Shown here piece by piece: positions 47,245-56,241 of a stretch of 64,000 bases of DNA. This DNA comes from an uncultured Bacteroidales bacterium. Its GTDB lineage: Bacteria; Bacteroidota; Bacteroidia; Bacteroidales; UBA932. The first letter of the stretch is position 1. Every line of letters begins with the position of its first letter. A program made the position numbers and the translations under genes. The stretch is taken from the NCBI GenBank assembly GCA_944322715.1, contig CALUPT010000009.1, positions 56,671 to 120,670 on the forward strand. The letters are read 5' to 3'. Under the pieces are notes generated by a model. The model was given only the letters and a program-made list of their open reading frames with translations. It searched no databases and had not been told where the DNA came from.

Positions 47245-47307
47245 TGTCATCCTGAGCGAAGCCCAAGAAACATTAAAAGTGTCATCCTGAGCGCAGCGAA
47301 GGATCTG
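47245..47307 (+). repeat. two tandem copies of a REP-like element (TGTCATCCTGAGCGnAGC...)
   Basis: 47245-47262 is TGTCATCCTGAGCGAAGC (truncated copy). 47280-47307 is TGTCATCCTGAGCGCAGCGAAGGATCTG. Both lie just after the susD stop. Confidence 0.8.
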
Positions 47308-47341
47308 AAACACAAGAACAAACAAAATAAAAAACAACATT

Positions 47342-49231
47342 ATGAACAACAACATAATCAGAATCTGTCTGGCCGCTGCCCTGCCCGCAATGCTATGGTC
47401 CTGCAGCGAGAAGATGGACAACTCCGACTTCAGCGACGTGCTGGGAAAGGACTACAACCAGGAGATACTCTGGAATGTAGACTCCCTCGCATTCCGCAGA
47501 GCCGGCTGGAGCACAACAGATGCAAGCTATGGAGCGGAGATACGCCAGGCACAGATAAAAATGCTTGGAGGCACACAGAGCGTCTCCTATATAACCTATC
47601 CATCGAATATATTCATCACCAGAATAGCGGCTGCAGACAACGGTGTCGCAAACACGAGCGAGATAGCCACCGGGAGCAAGGCGGTATTCGCAATCAACGG
47701 CGGCCCGTGCGATGCCTCCGGTGCCACATCATTCGTAATGATAGGCAACAAGGTCATCAGTGAAGACTCCGGAAGCAGTTCCGGAGCCGGAGCCCTGGCC
47801 ATCAACGAGACTCTGGACGGAAGCACCATCGGCATTGTCTCCAATGCCAGCAGTTCAGCTCTCCAGACAGACTATACCTCCGCGCTGATTGCCGGACCTG
47901 TCCTTGTCGCAGGCGGCAAGGAGCAGACATTTGCCGATACGGAAGAGAACAACACCCGTCAGGCCCGTTCCATCATAGGCACGGATGACAAAGGCAACTA
48001 TTTCATGGCCGTCATTGACGGAGGCGTGACCGGACAGGCAGATGGAGCTACAATGGCAGAGGCTGCATTCATTGCCCGCATCATCGGCATGCAGGATGCC
48101 GTGTGTCTCTCCGGCGGGAATGCCTCGACTCTCTGGTCCGGCACGGACGGGGTGGTCAGCCATCCTTCCGGAAACGGCAGCTATGACAACGCGGGAGAAA
48201 CCGAAGTCGCCAACATAGTCTACGTCGAGCTCAACACCCCGTTTGCCGGCGGCGACGGTACAAAGAACGACCCGTACCAGATAGGTACTTCACGGCATAT
48301 CCAGAATATGTCCTCGGCCCTTGAAGAAGGAACTGCAGTCTACTTCGAACTTATCGATGACATCGATATGGAAGGCATCGACTGGATACCTCTTAACTAC
48401 GCCGACCCGTATATGAAGATTGTCCATCTGGACGGCAACGGACATACGATACATAACTTCTTCAGCTCATACGCATCATACCCGAGCTTCTTCGGGGTGC
48501 TGTACGGTGAATGCCGCGACATCAGGTTCCTCAATGCGAAGATTGATGCGACACAGTCTACTGCGGCCGGTATAATCGGCGGTTATCTCGGGACCACCGG
48601 CAAACCGGGACTGCTTGAAAATGCATATATAAACGGAACTGTGGCCGCAGGAACGGAAAACAACTTCGGAGGTATAGCGGGAAATCTGCGCCAGGGAACC
48701 ATCCGTAATTGCCATGCAGATGTAGAAGTCTCCTGCAGTAAGGACATCAATGCGACATGGAATAATGGTTTGGGAGGAATTGCCGGCCGGGTGTATGACA
48801 ATGCCATCATAGAAAACTGCTTTGTCACAGGCAAGATACTTGGAGACAACACCTACAATGTCGGAGGCGTAGCAGGACATTCTGAAGACTGGACCACAAA
48901 CCGGACAGTCCGGAACAACATATCATGGGTATCTGAACTGAACGGCCGCGCTGCAGTAGGAAATATATTCGGACGCTGGCGTGCAACTGAAAACAGCGTA
49001 ATTGAAAACAACTACAGAAACCCTGCATGCCAACTGACGACATACGCTAATGACGGGACTGTATCCGAAGGTATCTATAACGAGGGCAATACCAGCGACT
49101 TCGCTGATTGCGGCACACCTACGGACAACCCGTGCGAAACTGCCACAACTCTCGGCTGGGATACGGATATCTGGGATCTTACCGGAGCGACTCCTCAGCT
49201 GAAACTGTTCATAGACAGTGATGGTGAATAA
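47342..49231 (+). CDS. phosphodiester glycosidase (NAGPA/DUF2233) domain lipoprotein fused to a GLUG-motif beta-helix domain
   Basis: LWSCS lipobox. AINGG...ARSIIGTDDKGNYFMAVIDG...CLSGGNASTLW matches the phosphodiester glycosidase pattern. The C-terminal half has repeated GGIAG/GGVAG (GLUG) units. Confidence 0.7.
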   Translation: MNNNIIRICLAAALPAMLWSCSEKMDNSDFSDVLGKDYNQEILWNVDSLAFRRAGWSTTDASYGAEIRQAQIKMLGGTQSVSYITYPSNIFITRIAAADNGVANTSEIATGSKAVFAINGGPCDASGATSFVMIGNKVISEDSGSSSGAGALAINETLDGSTIGIVSNASSSALQTDYTSALIAGPVLVAGGKEQTFADTEENNTRQARSIIGTDDKGNYFMAVIDGGVTGQADGATMAEAAFIARIIGMQDAVCLSGGNASTLWSGTDGVVSHPSGNGSYDNAGETEVANIVYVELNTPFAGGDGTKNDPYQIGTSRHIQNMSSALEEGTAVYFELIDDIDMEGIDWIPLNYADPYMKIVHLDGNGHTIHNFFSSYASYPSFFGVLYGECRDIRFLNAKIDATQSTAAGIIGGYLGTTGKPGLLENAYINGTVAAGTENNFGGIAGNLRQGTIRNCHADVEVSCSKDINATWNNGLGGIAGRVYDNAIIENCFVTGKILGDNTYNVGGVAGHSEDWTTNRTVRNNISWVSELNGRAAVGNIFGRWRATENSVIENNYRNPACQLTTYANDGTVSEGIYNEGNTSDFADCGTPTDNPCETATTLGWDTDIWDLTGATPQLKLFIDSDGE

Positions 49232-49251
49232 CTGAAATTATCCGTGAGCGC

Positions 49252-49287
49252 GTGCCGCTGCCGGCTTTACCGGAAGATCAGCGGCAC
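49252..49287 (+). terminator. intergenic nested hairpin between the two phosphodiester glycosidase genes
   Basis: GTGCCGCTG-(CCGGctttaCCGG)gaagat-CAGCGGCAC. No T-run follows, so it may act as an attenuator or RNA-processing site. Confidence 0.35.
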
Positions 49288-49315
49288 CGCTCCCTGGTGA
49301 ATAAACATTATAAAA

Positions 49316-50353
49316 ATGAAAAGAGAAAAAAGATTCATTGCTCTTGCAGGGACGGCACTCATTCTCGCCATCTCCTGCGGAAACGCCTACAAGATCGACA
49401 TTCCTCACTACGACTACGGGCAGAAGGAAGAAGAGGAAATCTCTCTGCCGGTCACCCCGGATCCAGATGCGCCCAAGGTGCAGACGCTCAAGGACCCGAC
49501 CGGGAAATGGCGTACGGAAAAACTCGACAACGGACTTGTCCTCTATACTTTCAGGGGATATGATGATGTCAGCGCTGCCAACCAGATCGTGAACGTGCTG
49601 GAAGTCAACCTCAGCGATCCGAGGTATTCGATAAAGTTTGCGTATGCGGACAAGGGAGAGATCAACTCGAACATGGTGAAGAACGAGCCGGCAGCCATAG
49701 CCGGGATCAACGGAGGATACGAACAGGAAGCGATTTACATAAAGATAAACAATGCTATCATCTCTCAAGTATCCCTCCAGCCCGGACATCTCCGCTACTG
49801 GAAGCACGAGGCCTGCATCTTCTCCGAAGGTGACAGGACAGTCGGCATCCTGTATGGAGGCAAGGACGGCGAGAAAGCCATCGAGGCCTACAACAGTCTC
49901 GAGGCTTCCAACATTATCGCAAGCGCGCCCATGCTGATCAATGACTACGACCCGATAGGGGAAGACTTCATCGGAGGGACGTTTACCGACGAGCAGCTGA
50001 ACCAGTTCGACTATGAGGACTACCGCCGCCATCAGGGCGTACGCCATCCCCGTACCGTATATGCCCTCACTGAAGACAACGACCTGCTGCTGATAGCCAT
50101 CGACGGCAGATGGAGCGGTACGGCTGAAGGTATGAACGCCGCAGAAGTGACCCGGTTCATCTCCAGGTATTTCAACCCGCAATGGGCCATCAATATGGAT
50201 GGAGGAGGCTCCACGACTCTGACTGTCAAGGGACTCGGCCATCCGGAGACCAATGTGGTCAACTATCCTACTGATGGAGGCACACACGACCACACCGGGG
50301 AAAGGAGTGTCTCTACACACATCCTCGTCCTTTACGATGAAGATGCCGAATGA
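49316..50353 (+). CDS. phosphodiester glycosidase (NAGPA/DUF2233) family lipoprotein
   Basis: LAISCG lipobox. AGINGGY...HPRTVYALTEDNDLLLIAIDGR...AINMDGGGSTTL. Confidence 0.8.
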   Translation: MKREKRFIALAGTALILAISCGNAYKIDIPHYDYGQKEEEEISLPVTPDPDAPKVQTLKDPTGKWRTEKLDNGLVLYTFRGYDDVSAANQIVNVLEVNLSDPRYSIKFAYADKGEINSNMVKNEPAAIAGINGGYEQEAIYIKINNAIISQVSLQPGHLRYWKHEACIFSEGDRTVGILYGGKDGEKAIEAYNSLEASNIIASAPMLINDYDPIGEDFIGGTFTDEQLNQFDYEDYRRHQGVRHPRTVYALTEDNDLLLIAIDGRWSGTAEGMNAAEVTRFISRYFNPQWAINMDGGGSTTLTVKGLGHPETNVVNYPTDGGTHDHTGERSVSTHILVLYDEDAE

Positions 50354-50393
50354 CCTGTACGATACAGTCATGACCTTATGAAATATCCAGCAA

Positions 50394-50424
50394 GAGGCCG
50401 GTGTCCGTTTCAGACATCGGCCTC
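50394..50424 (+). terminator. 12-bp-stem hairpin after the second phosphodiester glycosidase gene
   Basis: GAGGCCGGTGTC-cgtttca-GACATCGGCCTC (one G.U pair). No T-run follows. Confidence 0.45.
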
Positions 50425-50693
50425 TGTCATCCTGCACCGTTCCATTGTCATCCTGAACAGAACCGTCCCTTTGTCTTCCTGAACAAGCCGTCTCCTTTGT
50501 CATCCTGAACGGAGCCGTCAGGCGGAGTGAAGGATCTGAAGCACCAGCAGGGCCTTAGTATGGCTTCCGTACCAGATTCTTCGCTACCGCTCAGAATGAC
50601 AATGTACTATCACTCAGAAGGACAGTGCAGAAAAGGCTCAGAAGGACAGGTAGGGTGCTCGGAATGACTATGCAGAAATGGCTCGGAATGACA
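50425..50693. repeat. mirror array of REP-like half-units: 4 forward TGTC(A/T)TCCTG(A/C)AC units, a central inverted pair of full elements, and 5 reverse CTC(A/G)GAA(T/G)GACA units
   Basis: Forward units start at 50425, 50446, 50472 and 50498. The full forward copy is 50498-50538 and the full reverse copy is 50573-50601. Reverse units are at 50590, 50613, 50637, 50658 and 50682. The array lies between convergent genes. Confidence 0.8.
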
Positions 50694-50758
50694 GATAAGC
50701 AGCATTCAGAAAGGCTATAAAAGCAGTCAACAGAAGATGGACAAGAGATGGCCGCGGA

Positions 50759-51295
50759 TCAGCGGGGGACGAGAGGACAGAAGTGCCAGAGGACAATACC
50801 AATGGAGACTGATACATTGAGTGAATGTTTGGAACCGAACTGCGGAATCTCTATCGACAGGTCGGACGCATCCACCACATCCTGTGATACCCCCGCGACC
50901 TCGTTCCCGAAGACAAGGGCATATCTTGCTCCTGGCTCCGGTCTGAAATCCTGCAGCATGACAGAATTTTCTGTCTGCTCCACACTTATTATGGCATAGC
51001 CTTCCTCCCTGAGCCGTGCGACAGCTTCCCCTGTCTCCGAAAAATGCTCCCAGGCCACACTGTTCTCCGCCCCAAGGGCAGACTTGTGTATTTCAGCGGA
51101 TGGAGGCACTGCGCAGATACCGCACAGATACACCCTGTCGGCCTTGAAAGAATCTGCGCTGCGGAACGCCGAACCCACATTGTGAGCACTCCTGATATTG
51201 TCCAGGACGACAACCACGCCGGAATCCGGCAGGGTACGGTATTCCTCGGAACTTACACGGCCGAGTTCGATGTTTAGAAGCTTGCGGTTGTGCAT
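50759..51295 (-). CDS. TrmH/SpoU family RNA 2'-O-methyltransferase
   Basis: VVLDNIRSAHNVGSAFRSAD, LVFGNEVAGV and IPQFGSKHSLNVSVSIGIVLW are SpoU motifs 1-3. Confidence 0.85.
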   Translation of the reverse strand: MHNRKLLNIELGRVSSEEYRTLPDSGVVVVLDNIRSAHNVGSAFRSADSFKADRVYLCGICAVPPSAEIHKSALGAENSVAWEHFSETGEAVARLREEGYAIISVEQTENSVMLQDFRPEPGARYALVFGNEVAGVSQDVVDASDLSIEIPQFGSKHSLNVSVSIGIVLWHFCPLVPR

Positions 51296-51325
51296 CTGGT
51301 GAATTTTTCACAAAAGTTTTCAACA

Positions 51326-51361
51326 CAAAGGTAGTAAAAATAAAAAATAGGGTTACTTTTG
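51326..51361. promoter_or_regulatory. divergent -7 boxes: TACCTTTG (minus, trmH) and TACTTTTG (plus, glyA)
   Basis: The + strand has CAAAGGTA at 51326-51333 and TACTTTTG at 51354-51361. They lie 31 nt and 25 nt from the respective ATGs. Confidence 0.45.
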
Positions 51362-51385
51362 TACCTGACTTAAAACGGACATACA

Positions 51386-52714
51386 ATGAAACAGGATCTA
51401 CAGATTTTCAGTCTGATCAGGAAAGAGGAGGAAAGACAGTCATCCGGTCTGGAACTTATAGCATCCGAGAACTATGTGAGCCAGCAGGTGCTTGCAGCTC
51501 TCGGTTCGGTATGCACCAACAAATATGCTGAAGGCTACCCGGGTGCAAGATATTACGGAGGCTGCGAGATTGTCGACCAGATTGAACAGCTGGCGATAGA
51601 CAGGCTGTGCGAACTTTTCGAAGCCGAATATGCCAATGTACAGCCCCATTCGGGAGCGCAGGCCAATATGGCCGTATTGATGGCATGTCTGAAACCGGGA
51701 GACACATTTATGGGACTCGACCTCTCGCACGGTGGGCATCTCACTCACGGTTCACCGGTCAACATGTCCGGAATCCTGTACCATGCCGTCGCATACGGGC
51801 TTGACGAACAGACCGGTCTCATAGACTACGACAGAATGGAAGAGACAGCCCTGAAGACAAGGCCGAAACTCATAATAGGGGGTGCATCCGCATACTCACG
51901 CGAATGGGACTATGCAAGGATGAGGGAGATAGCGGACAAAGTCGGAGCCATCTTTATGGTGGACATGGCCCATACTGCCGGACTCATAGCCGCAGGACTG
52001 CTCAGCAACCCTGTCAAATATGCCCATATCGTGACATCCACCACACACAAGACCCTGAGAGGTCCGCGCGGGGGTGTCATCCTCATGGGCAAGGACTTCG
52101 ACAATCCGTGGGGACTCACCACGCCTAAGGGTGTCGTGAAGAAGATGTCGCAGATACTCAATTCCAGCGTGTTCCCGGGAGTGCAGGGCGGACCGCTCGA
52201 GCACTGCATCGCCGCAAAGGCAGTCGCATTCTACGAGGCTCTGCAGCCGGAATTCAAGGAATACCAGAAACAGGTGGTGTCCAACGCTGCCACAATGGCA
52301 GAGGCCTTCAAGAACAAGGGTTACAAGATCGTATCCGGAGGAACAGACAACCACCTCATGCTGATAGACCTCAGGAGCAAATTCCCTGATCTGTCCGGCA
52401 AGGTGGCGGAAAAGGAACTCGGCAAGGCAGACATCACGGTAAACAAGAACATGGTGCCTTTCGATTCCCGTACACCGTTCCAGACATCAGGAATCAGGGT
52501 CGGGACTCCCGCCGTGACTTCCAGGGGATTCGTGGAGAAGGATATGGAGACCATTGTCGAATGGATAGACACCATCCTCGCGAATGCCGCAGCCCATCTC
52601 GACCTGATTGCAGGCAAGACTGAAGATGGGAAAGAGGAATATGAGACTGTGCTGTCCGGCATCAAGAAACAGGTAAGGCAGCGCACATCAGGAATGCCGC
52701 TCAACCGCTACTGA
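51386..52714 (+). CDS. glyA: serine hydroxymethyltransferase
   Basis: [11 protein letters not shown]...[13 protein letters not shown]...[14 protein letters not shown] (PLP-binding lysine). Confidence 0.95.
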   Translation: MKQDLQIFSLIRKEEERQSSGLELIASENYVSQQVLAALGSVCTNKYAEGYPGARYYGGCEIVDQIEQLAIDRLCELFEAEYANVQPHSGAQANMAVLMACLKPGDTFMGLDLSHGGHLTHGSPVNMSGILYHAVAYGLDEQTGLIDYDRMEETALKTRPKLIIGGASAYSREWDYARMREIADKVGAIFMVDMAHTAGLIAAGLLSNPVKYAHIVTSTTHKTLRGPRGGVILMGKDFDNPWGLTTPKGVVKKMSQILNSSVFPGVQGGPLEHCIAAKAVAFYEALQPEFKEYQKQVVSNAATMAEAFKNKGYKIVSGGTDNHLMLIDLRSKFPDLSGKVAEKELGKADITVNKNMVPFDSRTPFQTSGIRVGTPAVTSRGFVEKDMETIVEWIDTILANAAAHLDLIAGKTEDGKEEYETVLSGIKKQVRQRTSGMPLNRY

Positions 52715-52750
52715 TACGGAAGACTATACAGAAAACTTAAATACGAATCT

Positions 52751-52796
52751 TTTTTATACAGATAGAGACCAGCCGTGAAGGTCGGTCTCTATTTTC
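52751..52796. terminator. bidirectional terminator between glyA and the Bat operon end
   Basis: The stem AGAGACC-13 nt-GGTCTCT is flanked by TTTTTATA on the left and ATTTTCATTA on the right. Confidence 0.55.
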
Positions 52797-52797
52797 A

Positions 52798-55446
52798 TTA
52801 TATGATCTCCATATCGGCTGAAAGCATCCAGCCCTGACGGCCATCCGCAAGACTGATGTTGCGCCAGTCTCCGACTTCATCCAGGATAGTGACCTTTGTC
52901 CCTTCATGAAGGATGAACAGGTCCGTGGAAGTCTCCGAAGATGGGGAACTCTTGACGGAGGACACAGGTCGCATGACTATAGCACTGTCAGCCCTCTGGT
53001 AGTCGGACTTCTGCCAAAGGGAAAACCACAGGCACATACCGGCGAAAAGGATAAAGACTATGGCAGAGAAGAATCCCGTCCTGCGTGCCGCTACCCTTCC
53101 TGACAGAAGATACAGCAGAAGCATCGCAAGGAAAACCGCGAAGCAGAAGATGCTGAGACCTGCCCACGAATCAGAATCGAGCACATAGCAGACATCCCTC
53201 GCCCAGCTCTTCAGAAGAAACTCCGGCACCACATCTATCCTGTCCTGTATCAGCTCGGAGGTTATTCCGAGATTGTATCTCGCATCGGAACAGGATGGAT
53301 CGAGCTTGAGGGCTCTTTCATAATAGAGAATGGCGCGAGGATAATCCTCAAGCTTGAAATATGCATCTCCTATATTGCAGTACAGCGGAGCCGACTCGAG
53401 CCCGGCAGCTGATATGGATGAATACCCCTGGAGAGCCATATCCCACTGCCCGGCAGAGTATGCTTCTGTAGCCTTGTTCCACAAGGAGTCTATATACTGT
53501 GTCTCTGCGGATTCCGCAGGCATCTGGACTGCAAGCAGGGCCGCTGCTGCAAGAGCGGCACCTGCAGCCTTGCCTTTACCGGAAGGCCGTCTTGTATCGG
53601 ATGTCTTTTTCTTCATATCGGATTCGATTGATGATATGACCTTCACTGCATTCTGATAATGGGCTTCCATCGCATCGTGGCCTGCATCAGGAGAATACCT
53701 TGCGAACTCACACGCATCTATAAGTCCGACGAATTCCCCTGCAAGGTCCTCTGATATTCCGTTCTCCGCGAGCTGCTGGGCCACCGTGTCCTTTGAGAAG
53801 TCCGCGACCGCAATGTTCAACTTGTCAGATATGTACCCGACAAGAGCCTTGTGAAGTTCCTCGTAAAAGGCCGTGTACAGATTCTGCTTCAGGAATTCTC
53901 CGGCCTGGCGAAGTCTCCTGACAGCCATCTTGCTTGCCTTCCTTGTCCTAGTGCCTGCCACATCGGCCCTGCGGGCAGCCATCTTCCTGAACGCGAGCCA
54001 CAGGATGAAAGCCAGGAGAGCAAGTCCTGCCAGCAACATCCAGTATCCGGTCGAGAACACGAAGAACCGGCCTTTCGATGACATCGATGGCATCTTGGTA
54101 GTGATGAACCTTATATCTTCATTGAGACTCTTGACCCCGCTTCTGTTCACGCCCTGTACAGCTGTCCCGGGCTGTGCCGCCGGATCATCCTTGCCCTTGT
54201 CCACGTGGTATCTGACGGGTTGCGTACTCAATGTCACGTACCTGCCGGCATTTATGTCATAGTAGCTGTATCTGATGGCAGGAATCTCGAAATCACCGTG
54301 GCTTCTCGGGATAAAAGGATATTCATATATCTTGCTCCCCGATGTGCCGCCCGTACCTTTGTCCGTCCTCTCTGACACCTTTGTGTCATAGACTTCCATA
54401 TCAGGAGGGAAAGACACCTCAGGAGCCTCCAGAAGCGATATGTTGCCTTTGCCCTTGACAGTGATGACAAGAGACGCGGCCTCATGCGTCATAAGAGAAT
54501 CCTTGCTCAGGGATGCCGAGATGCTGAACTTCCCGACTCCACCGCCGAATGTGGCAGGGGCACCAGCCGGAAGAGGAGAGACATTGATTGTATAAGGGTC
54601 TGTCATCACCCGTTTGCGTATTGTCCTCTGGTTCTCGAAGAAACTGTCGAATATGCTTGCCCCTCCTGTCGGAGCCACACGGACATTCACGACACATACG
54701 AGCTCGGCCGGATCGATGGTGATCGAACCTGCCTGCTGGGGAATGAGCACATATTTCCTGAGGACTGCTGAATAGTATATGTTCCCATCCACATTCTCCC
54801 TCTGGAACTCGATATTTGTAGGAGCCTCCACTTCCTGGCTCCAGAAACCGTTGAAAGCAGGGAAACGGGCATCTTCAAACCCTGCAATATTCACTCTCTG
54901 GTAAAGTTTAAGGGTAGCCTCGATCGGCTCTCCCACCACCGCGCTCTTCCTGCTGAAGGTAAACCGCATGAAAAGGTCATCATCCCCTATCGCTCCGACA
55001 GAAGAGGGGGCCGATGACTGGACTCCGCCCTGATTTCCCCTTCCAGACGAAGATGAGCCGCTGTTGGCGACCACCTCGACCGTAGCAGTGCCGGATGTAA
55101 TCTGTTTCCCGCCCTTGAGTCTGGCCGTAGCAGCCGGAATGGTGAACTTTCCGGTCTTCTTGGGCATCAATATATAGGTGTAGGTGAACTGGGATGACCT
55201 CGTAGTCTTGCCGTTGATTATCTGCACGCTTGTAGAGCGGCCCTGCTGAGGTCCCCAGACAAGCTGGAAATCATCACCCTGACTCCAGCTGAAATCCTTG
55301 GGGTTCTCATCCCCTTCAACTATGAAAGTGACATTGAACTGCTCATCAGCCGCCACCACGTTCGGGACATCGACCCTCATTGTGGTCTGTGCGGTAAGCA
55401 TTAGAGCCTGTAAGGCTATGGATATTGTCAGAAATAATTTTTTCAT
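52798..55446 (-). CDS. BatD-like protein fused to TPR + SH3 (BatE-like) C-terminal region
   Basis: N-terminus: signal peptide plus VDVPNVVAADEQFNVTFIVEG...KTGKFTIPAATARL (BatD). Then TM segments, TPR (AILYYERALKLDPSCSDARYNLG), and a terminal SH3b-like segment (RPVSSVKSSPS...ILHEGTKVTILDEVGDWRNISLADGRQGWM). Confidence 0.75.
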   Translation of the reverse strand: MKKLFLTISIALQALMLTAQTTMRVDVPNVVAADEQFNVTFIVEGDENPKDFSWSQGDDFQLVWGPQQGRSTSVQIINGKTTRSSQFTYTYILMPKKTGKFTIPAATARLKGGKQITSGTATVEVVANSGSSSSGRGNQGGVQSSAPSSVGAIGDDDLFMRFTFSRKSAVVGEPIEATLKLYQRVNIAGFEDARFPAFNGFWSQEVEAPTNIEFQRENVDGNIYYSAVLRKYVLIPQQAGSITIDPAELVCVVNVRVAPTGGASIFDSFFENQRTIRKRVMTDPYTINVSPLPAGAPATFGGGVGKFSISASLSKDSLMTHEAASLVITVKGKGNISLLEAPEVSFPPDMEVYDTKVSERTDKGTGGTSGSKIYEYPFIPRSHGDFEIPAIRYSYYDINAGRYVTLSTQPVRYHVDKGKDDPAAQPGTAVQGVNRSGVKSLNEDIRFITTKMPSMSSKGRFFVFSTGYWMLLAGLALLAFILWLAFRKMAARRADVAGTRTRKASKMAVRRLRQAGEFLKQNLYTAFYEELHKALVGYISDKLNIAVADFSKDTVAQQLAENGISEDLAGEFVGLIDACEFARYSPDAGHDAMEAHYQNAVKVISSIESDMKKKTSDTRRPSGKGKAAGAALAAAALLAVQMPAESAETQYIDSLWNKATEAYSAGQWDMALQGYSSISAAGLESAPLYCNIGDAYFKLEDYPRAILYYERALKLDPSCSDARYNLGITSELIQDRIDVVPEFLLKSWARDVCYVLDSDSWAGLSIFCFAVFLAMLLLYLLSGRVAARRTGFFSAIVFILFAGMCLWFSLWQKSDYQRADSAIVMRPVSSVKSSPSSETSTDLFILHEGTKVTILDEVGDWRNISLADGRQGWMLSADMEII

Positions 55447-55457
55447 CTGTCCGATTT

Positions 55458-56240
55458 TTACCAATTCTTCTCTTTCTGCCTTGATTTCAGCAAGGCGGCC
55501 TTCTCCTTGTTGACCTTCTCCTGGGTCTCCTTCTCCTTTGCCTGTATCGCCTTCAGCATCTGCTGGGCTGCCTGGGGCGTTATCTTAGGCTGTGCGCCCT
55601 GACTGCCCTGCCCCTGATCCTGATTCCGGTCCTGGTTCTGATCCTGATTCTGGTCCTGATTCTGATTCTGGTCCTGATTCTGATCCTGGTTCTGGTTCTG
55701 GTTCTGATTCTGATCCTGGTTTTGGTCCTGATTCTGGTTCTGGTCCTGATTCTGGTTCTGATCCTGATTGTCCTGACCTCCGCCACCGTTCTGCTGGTCC
55801 TTCAGCTTTCCTTTGGCATAGACATAGTTTTCCTTTGCATCCATATCCCCGGGATTCCTCAACAAGGATTGGGTATAGGCATCGACAGCCGCCTGCCAGT
55901 CCTCCATCTCTGCTGCGGCATTACCGAGATTGTAGTAATAGTCGGCCCCGTACTGCGATGCCGGCGCAACATCCTTCAGCGTCTCATAACTTTTCCGCGC
56001 CTGCTGCACATCACCGTTGCGGTACAGCGTATTTCCCAGGTTATATCTCGCTGCAAAAGAGGTGGAATCCTTGACCAGCGCCCTCCTGTAGTCTATCTCG
56101 GCCTCGCTGTAGCTCTCCTTTCTGAAATCCCGGTTGCCTTTGCGTACCTCCCTGCGGTCTGTCTGTGCGCTCATTACAGCCCCCGAAAGCACAAGGGCCA
56201 CCGTCCACAGGAAAATATTTCTGACCATTCCCATACGCAT
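55458..56240 (-). CDS. BatC-like TPR protein with Gln/Asn/Asp-rich repeat tract
   Basis: Start at MRMGMVRN (ATG at 56240, abutting the batB stop). TPR (ARYNLGNTLYRNGDVQQARKSYE), then (QN/QD)n, then a Lys-rich tail. Confidence 0.75.
   Translation of the reverse strand: MRMGMVRNIFLWTVALVLSGAVMSAQTDRREVRKGNRDFRKESYSEAEIDYRRALVKDSTSFAARYNLGNTLYRNGDVQQARKSYETLKDVAPASQYGADYYYNLGNAAAEMEDWQAAVDAYTQSLLRNPGDMDAKENYVYAKGKLKDQQNGGGGQDNQDQNQNQDQNQNQDQNQDQNQNQNQNQDQNQDQNQNQDQNQDQNQDRNQDQGQGSQGAQPKITPQAAQQMLKAIQAKEKETQEKVNKEKAALLKSRQKEKNW
55615..55770. repeat. 26 in-phase hexanucleotide units (CTGRTY on + strand) inside batC
   Basis: Counted by hand. 24 of 26 units fit CTG(A/G)T(C/T). They encode alternating Q-(N/D) on the minus strand. 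Confidence 0.85.
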
Positions 56241-56241
56241 A

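Noticed and set aside
50425-50693. Possible CRISPR array, because of regularly spaced short repeats.
   Set aside because: The repeat units are only about 12 nt with 9-14-nt gaps. Orientation flips halfway through. The units are fragments of a dispersed element, and no cas genes or leader are nearby.
55580-56074. ORFs reading the batC hexamer repeat in other frames or on the other strand (RIRTRTRIRT..., PDSGPGSDPDSG...).
   Set aside because: They are by-products of a 6-nt periodic repeat, which keeps every frame open. The BatC frame is the one with TPR motifs and operon context.
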